From Chrysomallon squamiferum (taxonomy: Eukaryota > Animalia > Mollusca): DNA of 64,000 bases. The DNA lies in assembly GCA_012295275.1 (NCBI GenBank), contig CM022667.1:11780001-11844000 (forward strand), given 5' to 3'. Shown piece by piece: positions 1 to 26,112 of this stretch. The translations under genes were made by a program, and so were the position numbers. The notes beneath the pieces were generated by a model. That model was given only the letters and a program-made list of their open reading frames with translations. It had not been told where the DNA came from and did no database searches. Within the stretch, counting starts at the first letter, position 1. Every line of letters begins with the position of its first letter.

Positions 1-60
1 ATAATATTTTACAATGATATATTACATAACTAATACACTTTCTCGTATAAATATGCTTAA

Positions 61-1095
61 TCATGATTCGCCAGCACGCCTTGAAATTTCAACCCATGCT
101 TGGTCAGTCTCGTTTTCACATCTCGTCTGCTTCCTCGTCATTTTTTTAATTCCAAAAACATGCAGGGCAGCTCTTCTGAACGTCCTGCTGCTCAGAGTGA
201 AAAAGGTTATGTCCAGCGCATAGCTGCTCATGGACACAATGTCGGCCACTAGAAACGGCAAAGACGTTATGTAATAACTCGGCCATCGTCCCTGAAGACT
301 CTCCGTTTTGTGGCCTTGCACGTAATGTCCGTACTTTGAGATGTGAATGAGGGCGTAAAGCAGTTCTCCGACCGCCAGGTGCAGAGAAACAAAATGGAAG
401 GTCTTGTTGAAGTGCGTCTTAGCCTTTCTCATGGATCGGCCGTAGGCCAGGCTTTTCTGCCTCGTTATTTTCACGGCATTCCACACCAAAGCGTTCATGA
501 CGATAATTATAATCACCGGTAATATAAACAGAAGAACTAAAACCGCGTACCCGTACACGAAGCTGTAAACCGGGTCCACTCCTTTTCTCAGAGTGCAGAT
601 TTGTCTCTCGTCGTCCAAAGCCCAGAAGTATCCTTCCAACGAACTCGCCATTAACGCCAGCAACGCTAACGAACATATTACTTTCCAAATCTTACCGTAG
701 GTTATTTTATAATCCTTCAGCGGACGACAGATGGAGAGGTACTGCTCCACGGACATGCCGACAACGAGGAAAATGGCGAAGATCTGAACGGCGAAAAAGA
801 AGATGTGCAGCATTTGACAAACGACGTCGACGTAGATGGAGTGTTTCTCGATGCTGTGGGTTATGAGCACCAGGGTGTCGGCGACGCAGATGGCGATGAA
901 GAAGCAGATAGGTGGCGCTCTGTTTTTCGTGTGGATCCACACGATCAAAGATATGATATTGCCGAGAAAACCCAAAGCGTAGATTATACGGTAGACGTAC
1001 GTGTGTACAATGTACTCGAAGATCTGGTCTGGTGATTTGTGAAAATTCTCTGACGACCCGTTCGGGGTTAGGTTCATGAAAATGGTTCCTTCCAT
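61..1095 (-). CDS. Divergent class A (rhodopsin-like) 7TM GPCR, peptide-receptor/chemoreceptor-like; single coding exon, 344 aa
   Basis: Seven hydrophobic segments. TM1 GFLGN, TM2 ICVAD, TM3 Cys (VCQML) and MSVEQYLSICRP (DRY region), ECL2 Cys (QICTL), TM5 FILP, helix-8-like SSRTFR. An in-frame stop lies just upstream of the ATG. A pyrimidine-rich acceptor (minus strand ttttag|, + coordinates 1120-1121) indicates a 5'UTR intron. Confidence 0.9.
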   Translation of the reverse strand: MEGTIFMNLTPNGSSENFHKSPDQIFEYIVHTYVYRIIYALGFLGNIISLIVWIHTKNRAPPICFFIAICVADTLVLITHSIEKHSIYVDVVCQMLHIFFFAVQIFAIFLVVGMSVEQYLSICRPLKDYKITYGKIWKVICSLALLALMASSLEGYFWALDDERQICTLRKGVDPVYSFVYGYAVLVLLFILPVIIIIVMNALVWNAVKITRQKSLAYGRSMRKAKTHFNKTFHFVSLHLAVGELLYALIHISKYGHYVQGHKTESLQGRWPSYYITSLPFLVADIVSMSSYALDITFFTLSSRTFRRAALHVFGIKKMTRKQTRCENETDQAWVEISRRAGES

Positions 1096-1182
1096 TAGAA
1101 AATATCTTCTTCACTCAGTCTAAAATATAAATAAATAAATAAATAAATAAATATTAATAAATTATAATAAATAAATAAATAA

Positions 1183-1222
<40 letters not shown>

Positions 1223-2824
1223 TAAAATAAATAAAATAATAATAATAAATAATAATAATAATAATTATAAATAAACAAATAAACAAACAAACAAATTAAT
1301 TAATTAAAATAATTAGTTGCTAATACACTTACTAAATTATACAGTTTGTTTAAACGTTTTCTGCTGTTGTTACAAACATAAAATACCGACAGTTACTGCA
1401 ATTCGGCATTTAATTTTATACGTTTTTCTGGACAAAACCGAAAACTATAGTTTATTTCTTTTCCTTTAATGCAACAACCTCATACCTGAACGAATTTACT
1501 TCAGTAAGGTTACATATGTACTGTGGTAAGAGTAATGGTTCAGTTGTTTGATTTATAATTCTTCCATCTTGTTTTGGGTAAAGCACGCAATTCGGATCGT
1601 CCTCTGAGCTGTCTGTAGAGGTTATGTCAATAAGAAATGTGTTTTGGTTAAAACAGTGTATGAAATTAAATATTACTCTTCTTCTCAAACTGGGTCAATT
1701 TGTTTCTTTCATTCGAAAATTGGGACAATGAATTGGTTTGGCTTCATCTGCTAGTTTCTCGATCATAGCCTCAAAAGCAGCATTTATTTTTTCGTATATG
1801 CACACATACTTATGTATTTAAAGCAAATATTCGTACATATGGACATATACAAATACACATATATATGCATACACACATACACACATATACAGACACACAG
1901 ATAACTATTTACATACATACATATATGCATACAAAAATATATATGCATATATGTATATATGTATGTATATATGAATATATATTTAGTATACATATGTATG
2001 TGTGTATAAATATGTATGTACGAATGTGTATGTGTGTGTGTATATATATATATTTGTGTGTATGTGTGCATATATATGTGCATATATATCCATACATACA
2101 CACATATCCACACTCAAACACATACACACATGTGGTTGAACATTAAAAACACACATACATACGTACAAAAACAAACAAACGTACACACATACATACACAT
2201 AAACGCATATTTATACCTACCCACACATACATTTTCAACATACTCTCATACTTTTCTGCATGAAAACAAAGCGCTAACATGATTAATACAGGTCTGTTTC
2301 CGACGCATCACGCTTGTCGTACAAAAACAAACTTTGGATCCGCTCCTGCTGCAGCTACTGTGTGTGTTAGACACAAACAAATTCAGGCCGTTAACACTGC
2401 GGAGACAAACCGTTAACCAAACCTCGCGAACGCATTAAGAGTAATATAAAACAATAATGTTTCTGAACTAAACGATTACAGTAACATTAAGTTCTGCACT
2501 TATTTTATTTTTTTTTTTTTTTTTTTTTAATTTGGACCATTTGCAACAGAAGAGACTATAACAATACACCGAGCGTCATTGCTTTACGCACATTTTCAAG
2601 TAGATGATGATAAATGGCTTTTTTGAACCCTTAAAATGAATTAATTTGCAAGAACTGACGTCAGTGCATCTTTTCACGATGGTAGTACAATGTGCAGTAA
2701 AATCAGTCTCTGCAGGTGAATTAATTGCTGTGAACTTCTAATTAAAAAGCGTGTATTTAACATATTTTGTTTTCGAATCGACATAATGGCCTTAATTTAA
2801 AAGACAGATCCATTGCCTTTCCAA

Positions 2825-2925
<101 letters not shown>

Positions 2926-3944
2926 AATATGAGTGTATTTCTCTGTCTTTCTCATTCTTTCTCTCTTCTTCTTTTTCTTTCATTGATTCTCTCAGACATA
3001 CTTTCCATATTCTTTCATTAATTCATTCTTTCTTTCTTTCACTCACTCACACACACACAACACACACACACATATTCACTCACTAATGTACACACACACA
3101 CGTGAACAATATCTGTTCATATGAACAACGTGTAAACAGGATGTTCAAAGAAAAGAGTTAGGACAATCGATCCAAAGAAACCTCACCATCTCTTGTTTTT
3201 GGACAGATTTATTATGGAAGAGAAAACAATCTCTGTGTGGCAGTTAGACCCTGTAACTGGCGATATTTACTTTTATTTGTTTTGGTTTTTATGCTTCTTT
3301 CTACCAGTACAAAACTTTATTTATACGTAATGATTATCCTTTTGATTAGATATAAAACATATATATCTACATTTAGATCTATCTGTCTGTACACATATAC
3401 ATACATACATACATATATACATACATACATACATACATATATGGTGTATAAGTGTACGCATGATATTATGTACATTAGTATGCATATGTATAGAAATACA
3501 TTACGTTGTCACTTTTATATTTGATGTGTGTATATATATATAAATGTGAAGAACCGATATATTAATATAATAAATTATTATTACTTATTAAACGCATTCC
3601 AGACACAGCTATTTTTATGTATGTATGTATGTATGTGTGTATGTATTGTTTAAACAACAGTTGTCTAAATGTTTAAAAAAGGTCTCCTCTTCCTATCTCT
3701 TTTTCCTTTTTCTATCGCTTTTTCTCACATTCTTCCTCCGCTTATATAAATATATATATATATACTTTACTTTATAATGAAATCCCATCGTGTTTTTAAT
3801 TATATATAAAATTTAATATCTTAACAGTAATAATAGTAGTATTAATTTTTATTTAAATAAATCATTTACTTTTATCCATTGGTTTTTTAAAATCTTTTTA
3901 TTGCAAACACTAGACAATATATGATTTGTAAGTTCTAATTAGAA

Positions 3945-4290
3945 GTTAATATAATACACAAAATGTATTTTACATCTAACAATTAATCAAAAATAACATT
4001 ATAAATGCATGCAACTGATTTCACATCTTGTAACAAAAACATTTCATATAATAAATATACAAAATTTATTTCGTACCTTTCATACAACAAGATTCATATT
4101 GTAAACACATGCAATTTACTTCATATCGATCATTAACAAGAATCATATTATAAATATACAAAATGTATTTCGTAGCTTAGATATAAAAAAATTCTATAAG
4201 CCTATCAACTTACTTTTTATATAAAACATTCAAATTATAAACAAATACAATGTATATCGCAAACATATTACAAATATATAAAAGTATTTC
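3945..4290. repeat. Degenerate AT-rich tandem repeat (~50-60 bp units)
   Basis: Recurring ataaatatacaaaatgtatttcgta and aacaaga(t/a)tcatatt blocks. Confidence 0.55.
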
Positions 4291-4489
4291 GTACTGTACC
4301 TGTGAGAAATTTCCACGCTGACTGAGATGTTACCTACTTGAAGCTGTGTCAGCTTTGCTTTGATGTCGGATCTCCGAATTTCCACACAAGATGAATGTAC
4401 CTGACCGATTTCCCCCATAAACAACGTCCATTAGCGAGACGCGGTGTAGACAGGCCTTGCACAAAACTTTCCACGACTGAGTCGTTCAC

Positions 4490-7400
4490 TCCAGTCTCAC
4501 AGTTCAGTCCGTCTCACACTCCAGTCTGTCTCACACTTCTGTCTCACACTTCAATCTTACTACAGTCTGTCTCACTACGTTCCATCTCACTACATTCTAT
4601 CGCACTACATTCTGTCTTACTAGACTTCGTCTTACTACAGTCTGTCTTACTACAGTCTGTCTTACTACAGTCTGTCTTACTACAGTCTGTCTTACTACAG
4701 TCTGTCTTACTACAGTCAGTCTTACTACAGTCTTATTAAATTTGTCTTACTACAGTCTGTCTTACTACAGTCTGTCTTACTACAGTCTGTCTTACTACAG
4801 TCAGTCTTACTACAGTCTGTCTTACTACAGTCTGTCTTACTACAGTCAGTCTTACTACAGTCAGTCTTACTAGAGTCAGTCTTACTACAGTATGTCTTAC
4901 TTCAATCTGTCTTACTTCAGTCTGTCTTAATACAGTCTGTCTTACTACAGTCTGTCTTACTACAGTCTGTCTTACTTCAATCTGTCTACTTCAATCTCTC
5001 TTACTACAGTCTGTCTTACTACAGTCAGTCTTACTACAGTCTGTCTTACTTCAATCTGTCTTACTACAGTCTGTCTTACTACAGTCAGTCTTACTATAGT
5101 CAGTCTTACTACACTTCGTCTTACTACGGTCTGTCTTACTACAGTCAGTCTTACTACAGTCAGTCTTACTACAGTCAGTCTTACTACAGTCTGTCTTACT
5201 ACAGTCTGTCTTACTACAGTCTGTCTTACAGTAGTCTTTACAGTCAGTCTTACTACAGTCTGTCTTACTACGGTCTGTCTTACTACAGTCAGTCTTACTA
5301 CAGTCAGTCTTACTACAGTCTGTCTTACTACAGTCTGTCTTACTACAGTCAGTCTTACTACAGTCTGTCTTACTACAGTCTGTCTTACTACAGTCAGTCT
5401 TACTACAGTCAGTCTTACTACAGTCTGTCTTACTACAGTCTGTCTTACTACAGTCAGTCTTACTACAGTCAGTCTTACTACAGTCTGTCTTACTACAGTC
5501 TGTCTTACTATAGTCAGTCTTACTACAGTCAGTCTTACTTAGTCTTACTACACTTCGTCTTACTACAGTCAGTCTTACTACAGTCTGTCTTACTACAGTC
5601 AGTCTTACTACACTTCGTCTTACTACAGTCAGTCTTACTACAGTCAGTCTTACTACAGTCAGTCTTACTACAGTCAGTGTTACTATAGTCTGTCTTACTA
5701 CAGTCAGTCTTACTACTGTCAGTCTTACTACAGTCAGTCTTACTACAGTCTGTCTTACTACAGTCTGTCTTACTACAGTCTGTCTTACTTCAGTCTGTCT
5801 TACTACAGTCTGTCTTACTACAGTCAGTCTTACTACAGTCAGTCTTACTACAGTCTGTCTTACTACAGTCTGTCTTACTACAGTCTGTCTTACTACAGTC
5901 AGTCTTACTACAGTCAGTCTTACTACAGTCCGTCTTACTACAGTCTGTCTTACTACAGTCTGTCTTACTACAGTCAGTCTTACTACAGTCAGTCTTACTA
6001 CAGTCTGTCTTACTACAGTCAGTCTTACTACAGTCTGTCTTACTACAGTCCGTCTTACTTAAGTCAGTCTTACTACAGTCAGTCTTACTACAGTCCGTCT
6101 TACTACAGTCTGTTTTACTACAGTTGGTCTTACTACAGTCAGTCTTACTACAGTCTGTCTTACTACAGTTAGTCTTACTACAGTCTGTCTTACTACAGTC
6201 TGTCTTACTACAGTCAGTCTTACTACAGTCTGTCTTACTACAGTCTGTCTTACTACAGTTAGTCTTACTAGAGTCTGTCTTAATACAGTCAGTTTTACTA
6301 CAGTCAGTTTTACTACAGTCAGTTTTACTATAGTCTGTCTTACTACACTTCGTCTTAATACAGTCTGTCTTCAATCTGTCTTACTACAGTCTGTCTTACT
6401 ACAGTCAGTCTTACTACAGTCAGTCTTACTACAGTCTGTCTTACTACAGTCTGTCTTACTACAGTCAGTCTTACTACAGTCTGTCTTACTACAGTCAGTC
6501 TTACTTACAGTCTGTCTTACTACAGTCTGTCTTACTACAATCAGTCTTATTACAGTCTGTCTTACTACAGTCAGTCTTACTTACAGTCTGTCTTACTACA
6601 GTCTGTCTTACTACAATCTGTCTTACTACAGTCTTTCTTACTACAGTCTGTCTTACTACAGTCAGTCTTACTACAGTCTGTCTTACTACAGTCTGTTTTA
6701 CTATAGTCTGTCTTACTACACTTCGTCTTAATACAGTCTGTCTTCAATCTGTCTTACTACAGTCTGTCTTACTACAGTCTGTCTTACTACAATCAGTCTT
6801 ACTACAGTCTGTCTTACTACAGTCTGTCTTACTACAATCAGTCTTACTACAGTCTGTCTTACTACAGTCAGTCTTACTACAGTCAGTCTTACTACAGTCA
6901 GTCTTACTACAGTCTGTCTTACTACAGTCTGTCTTACTACAGTCAGTCTTACTACAGTCTGTCTTACTACAGTCTGTCTTACTACAGTCTGTCTTACTAC
7001 AGTCTGTCTTACTACAGTCTGTCTTACTACTGTCTTACTATAGTCAGTCTTACTACAGTCTGTCTTACTACAGTCAGTCTTACTACAGTCTGTCTTACTA
7101 CAGTCTGTCTTACTACAGTCTGTCTTACTACAGTCAGTCTTACTACAGTCTGTCTTACTACGGTCTGTCTTACTACAGTCTGTCTTACTACAGTCAGTTT
7201 TACTACAGTCTGTCTTACTACAGTCTGTCTTACTACAGTCTGTCTTACTACAGTCTGTCTTACTACTGTCTTACTACAGTCAGTCTTACTACAGTCTGTC
7301 TTAATACAGTCAGTTTTACTACAGTCAGTTTTACTAGAGTCTGTCTTACTACAGTCAGTCTTACTACAGTCAGTCTTACTAGAGTATGTGTAACTACAGT
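4490..7400. repeat. 15-bp satellite/minisatellite array, consensus GTCTTACTACAGTC(T/A), roughly 190 copies
   Basis: Near-perfect tandem units from ~4628 to ~7385 with degenerate edges. It explains the (KTDCS)n, (QSVLL)n and (RQTVV)n ORFs. Confidence 0.97.
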
Positions 7401-8276
7401 AGTAGAGGCAGTGACTGGAATACATTAGTAGCAGCTGTGGTAATAGTTGTACTAATAGTGGTAGCTGTAGTAGTAGCTGTAGTGGCAGTAATAGTAATTT
7501 TATTAGTATATAGAAGTATTAACAAAAGCAACAACAGCAGAAGTAGTAAAGGCAGTAATAATTGTAGTAGTAACAGTATTTATACTAATAACTGTAGTAA
7601 CGATTACAGTCGAGTTACAGTAATAGGGGTGACCATCGTCGTCATACTATGAGTTATTTGATGATGTTGTGTAATAGTAGCTGATTTTCTATCGATGTAA
7701 TAACTGTTATTTTCCAAGTTTTGTAGTAACTGTTTTCTTAGTTTAATAGTTGTTTTTTCTTCTACAGTAATAGTTGATTTTACCTGGTGTACAAGGTTTT
7801 TTCTTTTTAATTTTGTTTTTTATTGTAGTCGTTTTTTTTTTTTTGTATAGTAGTGGCTATTCTTGCTCATGTAATGTTTTTCAGAGTAAGAAACAAAATT
7901 CATCAAGCCAGGCAGGTGCTAAGATATAAATAAGTTGTTTGTTTTAAAAACCGTTCTAGCACGTCAGCATTACATTTCACTCTAATCCTTTCTCCGAGGT
8001 CTTTGCCCCAGACTGCGGTCAATTTATTTTACACTCTCTTTTAATGAACTTTACCTTTCTCTACTTCGTTCATACTTGAAAACCTTGCAAGGTAATCAAA
8101 ACTGAAGATACGCTGTTATTTACATATTTATATCAAAGTAACAAATCTTATTAACTTTAATTTATGATGATGATGATGATGTTAAGATTTATTTTTTTCT
8201 TCAAAAATGTATTTGATTAATTCAGCTGTTATTATATGCTGATGGTGCATGCTCTCATTCAGGTACAGTTGGAAGT

Positions 8277-8280
<4 letters not shown>

Positions 8281-8334
<54 letters not shown>
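8281..8334. repeat. (AG)n microsatellite
   Basis: Direct reading. Confidence 0.95.
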
Positions 8335-8338
<4 letters not shown>

Positions 8339-8371
8339 TCAGCGAGTGGCGAGAGAGAAAGGGGCTCAGTC

Positions 8372-8638
8372 CATGGCGTGCAAAAGGGGCCGAAGGGGCG
8401 GTGGCCCCGGACATAAAAATGAGAGTCGGGCGTACAATTAGAGAAATGAATTTAATACATTTGGTTGATTTATATTTAAATCGAATGAAGTGTTTATTTT
8501 GTGTTTCATCTGTGTTTACATATTCAAAATGTCGTCCTTACTCATAATATTTCTCAGGACTAGGCCTTATATTTGAGTCTTTGGGGCATACAATCAAGCA
8601 GTTGGCCCCGGGCATCACCAGACCTCAGTACGCCACTG
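8372..8638. mobile_element. Non-autonomous hAT-like DNA transposon (MITE), ~267 bp
   Basis: Imperfect TIRs: left CATGGCGTGC, right GTACGCCACTG (reverse complement CAGTGGCGTAC). Flanked by 8-bp direct repeats gctcagtc (8364-8371) and actcagtc (8639-8646), a 7/8 match. The subterminal motif tggccccgg occurs near both ends. An 8-bp TSD is typical of hAT elements. Confidence 0.7.
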
Positions 8639-8752
8639 ACTCAGTCTTTGTATCACCCGTTATTCTATATATGTATGTATGTACGTATTAATGTTATTAT
8701 ATATCTATTATATACGTATTAATGTTATTATATCTCTATGTGTGCATGAATG

Positions 8753-8816
<64 letters not shown>

Positions 8817-9489
8817 ATATGTATGCAAGTGTGTATATGTGTATGTATGTATGTATGTGTGTGTACGGAAGGTCAAGTTTAACTACCATTTAATAAATAA
8901 ATAAATAAATAAAAATAAATTCTACCTCATTGTGACCCTATATTTTAACCTTTTTACAAGATTAAATGTTTTTATATGTGACAGATGCCCAAACGAATGA
9001 CGTCACTGAATACATTACTGGTGAAATATATCGATGTGTAGCCTCGTTTTCAACACGTCATAAACGTGTCGGGCACGTGATTAAGGTTACCGATAGATGT
9101 AGGACATGCACTAAAACCAGATGTCTGTTTGTAAATGGTTCACGGATCTGTATCTTTTACATCCGGGTTTATTTTGTTTTCAGTTTTTATGTTTTCCTTT
9201 ATTTTACTAACTATGACACATCACCAGAAAATGTGTGACAACTTTTCTTTATTAACATTTGTACGTATTAGTTATTCTACATGTAGAAATAAAGGTAACA
9301 ATGTTCAGAGATGTCTTTCTTAATATATATATATTTTTTTTTTTTACGATAATTTCTTTTGCTGCTATTTCAGATAATTAAAAAAAGGTCATATAAATGT
9401 GTTTATCCCATTGGTCATTGCAAAATGAAAAAACTAATAAAAATAAATAAATAAATAAATATAACCGTGAGTAAACAGTATATATATAT

Positions 9490-9537
<48 letters not shown>

Positions 9538-10641
9538 TGTGCACACATACATACCTTCATGCATATATACACATATACATTTTTAGACAGAATGTGTGCC
9601 TGTAGGTCTGTATATGTATGTATATATATATGTATGTATGTATGTGTGTATGTGTGTATGTGTGTTTGTGTGTTTGTATGTATCTATTTATGTGTATACG
9701 TGTGTTTAATTTAATCTAAATTTTAAAACCTATACGGACAGTCGCTCTCAGCGACTTTAGTACGTTTCATTGAAACTGGTCGCAGGTATGAATAACGACA
9801 AAATACAGCTGACGGGTACATGTGAACGTACCAACCTTTGGCGTCTCTGGACACGTAATCAGTCAGTATAAACAATCAAAAAGGGCTTGATCCTGTCAGT
9901 GAGAACAAACTGTGAATGAAAAGGAGGATGTAATACTAAAACGCCTGCCAGAAGCCCCCAATAAACGATAATACGTCATTAGTAAAGGAAAATAAATTAA
10001 ACTGACCAATCAGAACTAATGCTAAGTAATAAATTATAATATCGGGACATAAATTTTATTTTTTATTTTATCGCGATAATTATTAACAATTTATTAGCTT
10101 GTTCATTCATTTTTTTTTTTTTTTAATTTTATAAATTCCGTATCCGCATTTCTTTATACGACTTCCTAAAGCAGAATGCTGTGTTCATTCATTAATTCAT
10201 TTACCTCTGGTTTTTGCATTAGCAATGACGTTTCTGAATATTATTTTGTGTTTCGACCTACAGGCTATTAAACGTATTGAATGTGACAAAAGTTTCCAGT
10301 ATACATCCGCATCATTAATTCTCAAGACAGCAGTTGAAAATGTTTTCATGTTTACTTACTTAAATCAGCTGAATTTTATCATTGTCTTCATCACCGCAAA
10401 CATCATCATCATCATTAGACTGCTTCTTGTTACAGTTGTTATTGTTGACTTTAAGCGTAGTGATAGTGTCATATTTGTTATTGTCGCTGCTGTAATATTG
10501 TTGTTTTTGTTGTTGTTGTTATTCTTATTCTTATTACTATTAATACTTTGCTGATGCAACTTTTATTTTCAGTAATATATTATTATGTTATTATTAGACA
10601 CTTTTTTTTTGTTGTTCTTCGTTTTATAATTAGCTATCGCT

Positions 10642-10688
<47 letters not shown>

Positions 10689-11010
10689 TTTTTTTTTTTT
10701 TTTTGTTGTTGTTGTGGTTGTTGCTGTTGTTGTGTCTTTCATCACTGCTCTTGTCTCGCCTTTATCCTTAAATGCAGCATGTAAATAGAAGCACGCGGAA
10801 GTTGTAAAATAATAATGGTATTCAAAAAACAACAACACGGAAGTAATTCTTTTGACAGCTTTCTCTCAAGTCTATTAATTGTATAGAACACAAGCTGGAA
10901 ACCTTTGCAAACACGGAGATAAGCTTATGGATACACCTAGCATCCGCTATATATATATACAGAACATTGTTTTGTTGTTGATTTTTGTTGCTGTTGTTCT
11001 GTATTTGTTG

Positions 11011-11063
<53 letters not shown>

Positions 11064-11567
11064 TTCTGTTATAATAATAATAATATTATTATTATGATTA
11101 TTGTCATTGTTATTATTAATAGTAGCAGTAGTATTACTAGTACTAGTGTAGTTTTAGTAGAAGTAATAGTAGTATTAGTAGTACTACTAGTATTTTTTTT
11201 TATTTAAATGTTTATTTATTTATATAACAGATAATGAAACTCATAAGTCTTACTGAAAATTATATCTATCAAAACAATGCTCCCAAATTCTATGAAAACA
11301 TATCAATCACTAAAAAGAATGTATGTATGTTTGTATATATGTGTATATGTGCATGCATATACGTATGTTATTATCATAATCATTATTATTATATTGAAAT
11401 TCATTTCATGCTGAAAGTTATATCTACTCTGATGATGCATCTTCCTTCTACAGAAATCCCACGTCTACGTTACTATCGGTTATTTCCCTTTAATACACAC
11501 CTTTAAATTTACAATAGTTACGTCCCTTTGATAGAACCAACGGCGTCATTCATATCAGAAATAATTT

Positions 11568-11575
11568 TGACGTCA
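11568..11575. promoter_or_regulatory. Perfect CRE palindrome TGACGTCA just upstream of the gene A start codon
   Basis: TGACGTCA ends about 40 nt before ATG 11618, in a CpG-retaining segment. Function is inferred only. Confidence 0.35.
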
Positions 11576-11617
11576 TGTCAGACGGGACTTTATTGTATAT
11601 TTTTATTTAAATAAACG

Positions 11618-24704
<13,087 letters not shown>

Positions 24705-25166
24705 GTCCTTGAAGATCACAACATTTTTACATATTTAGCTATTTTTGAAAACATTTAACATTTTTAATGCATATATGAATGTGTATCTCTGTATGTGTGT
24801 GTGGTACATGTCTGTAGATTGTTAAATGTATACATATGCTAATTTACAATATATATCTTTATGCATATTTTTGATGAAGAAATTAACTTTAAAAATTGTT
24901 ATAATGAGGATTATTTTATATATTGAATAAACTTCGGTCAAATAAAGAAAAAAAAAAAAAAGAATAAACTGAAACAAGAACATATGCAGAATAAAATAAA
25001 AATATAAAAAAATTCAAAAATCCTACATGTGTTGTTTTTTGTTTTTTTTATTTGTTGTATGTATTTATATTATTATGATGACTGCTATGAACCGGGACCT
25101 CAGCTGTTGTTATTTTATATACAATTTAACCATTGAAATATGACACTGTCATAAATTATAAACAGG

Positions 25167-25208
<42 letters not shown>

Positions 25209-25599
25209 TTACTTTGTCATATAAAACATTTGATTAAACAAATATTCTCGAATATTTTGAATATGTCTTATTTTTTTCTTATTTTTTCTATTATTAATAT
25301 TTATTTACATTTTAATTTTAGTATTGTTTCTTTTTCACAAAAAATTAAAACTTTTGAAGCTCAGCTTCAAAAGAACTATAATATACTCTTATTGTACATT
25401 TTTTTTAATTATTATTATTTTATTTATGTTTTTTTGTTGTTTATTTTGTTTGTGAATTTTTGTTGTTCTCTTCTGTTTCTTTTTTCTCCATTTCATATTG
25501 AAGATATATTCATCATATTATTTGAAACAGTAGCAAAACTGTTTTCAAATTTCACTTTTGCGTAACTGGTTTCAACTTTTTTATTCCATGTGTATAGAT

Positions 25600-26112
25600 G
25601 TATTAATATTGCTGGGCTCACGAATAAAAATCCGCTTGTTTTGACGAAAACAGCCGAAGATAGCCGAATCAATTTGATTTCAACGTGTTTGTGCTTGTTT
25701 CGCGGTTTGCATTAATAAATCTATTTTGACAGCTATCGTAACAGATTTGTAAAATTATAAAATTGATTCTGTTGTTTAAAAAGAATAATAAATAAAAGTT
25801 TACAGTAACAGGAAATTTAATTTCTTAGTTTTTATAAGCAATTTTAACTATCAAAACAGTTCACAGGTGGAAATGAATAAAAACAAACACCTGTCAACTA
25901 TTTACCAATGAAATTTAATCTTACTTTAGGAAATAGCCAATAAAGAGAGACGTTTCTGGACAGGTATGATGGCGACGAACACAAGTTTGTTGTGAGGTGG
26001 TATCGTTGTTACTAATTTTGAAAAATATGAAGACTTTCTGCAAGTATATTTAAATTGCACGATTAGAATGTAACACGAACAGTACAGCAAGGAAGGGTGG
26101 AGATTTCTAAGT
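25600..26112 (+). promoter_or_regulatory. Probable promoter/5'UTR of gene B (CpG-retaining, tandem CCAAT boxes)
   Basis: More CpGs than the flanking introns. CCAAT at 25905 and 25937. Inverted E-boxes caggtg/cacctg at ~25864-25893. An E2F-like tttcgcgg at ~25698. Confidence 0.5.

Noticed and set aside
707-1114. 135-aa alternative-frame ORF, and other ORFs overlapping the GPCR
   Set aside because: Non-ATG start, a by-product of the GC-richer coding sequence, and no recognisable features.
1784-2282. Cluster of ORFs rich in C/V/Y/M/H/T/I
   Set aside because: Translations of (CA)n/(TA)n/(TACA)n simple repeats. The same applies at 8.7, 9.5, 21.6, 23.2, 51.3 and 52.4 kb.
5790-6374. 194-aa (KTDCS)n Cys-rich ORF, and the related (QSVLL)n and (RQTVV)n ORFs
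   Set aside because: They are translations of the 15-bp satellite. Indels break the frames, and there is no signal peptide or unique domain.
4490-7400. CRISPR-like array
   Set aside because: Units are contiguous with no unique spacers, there are no cas genes, and the context is eukaryotic.
24941-24962. AATAAA followed by an A-run as a retrocopy poly(A) tail
   Set aside because: Gene A retains 17 introns, and genomic A-runs are common throughout the window.
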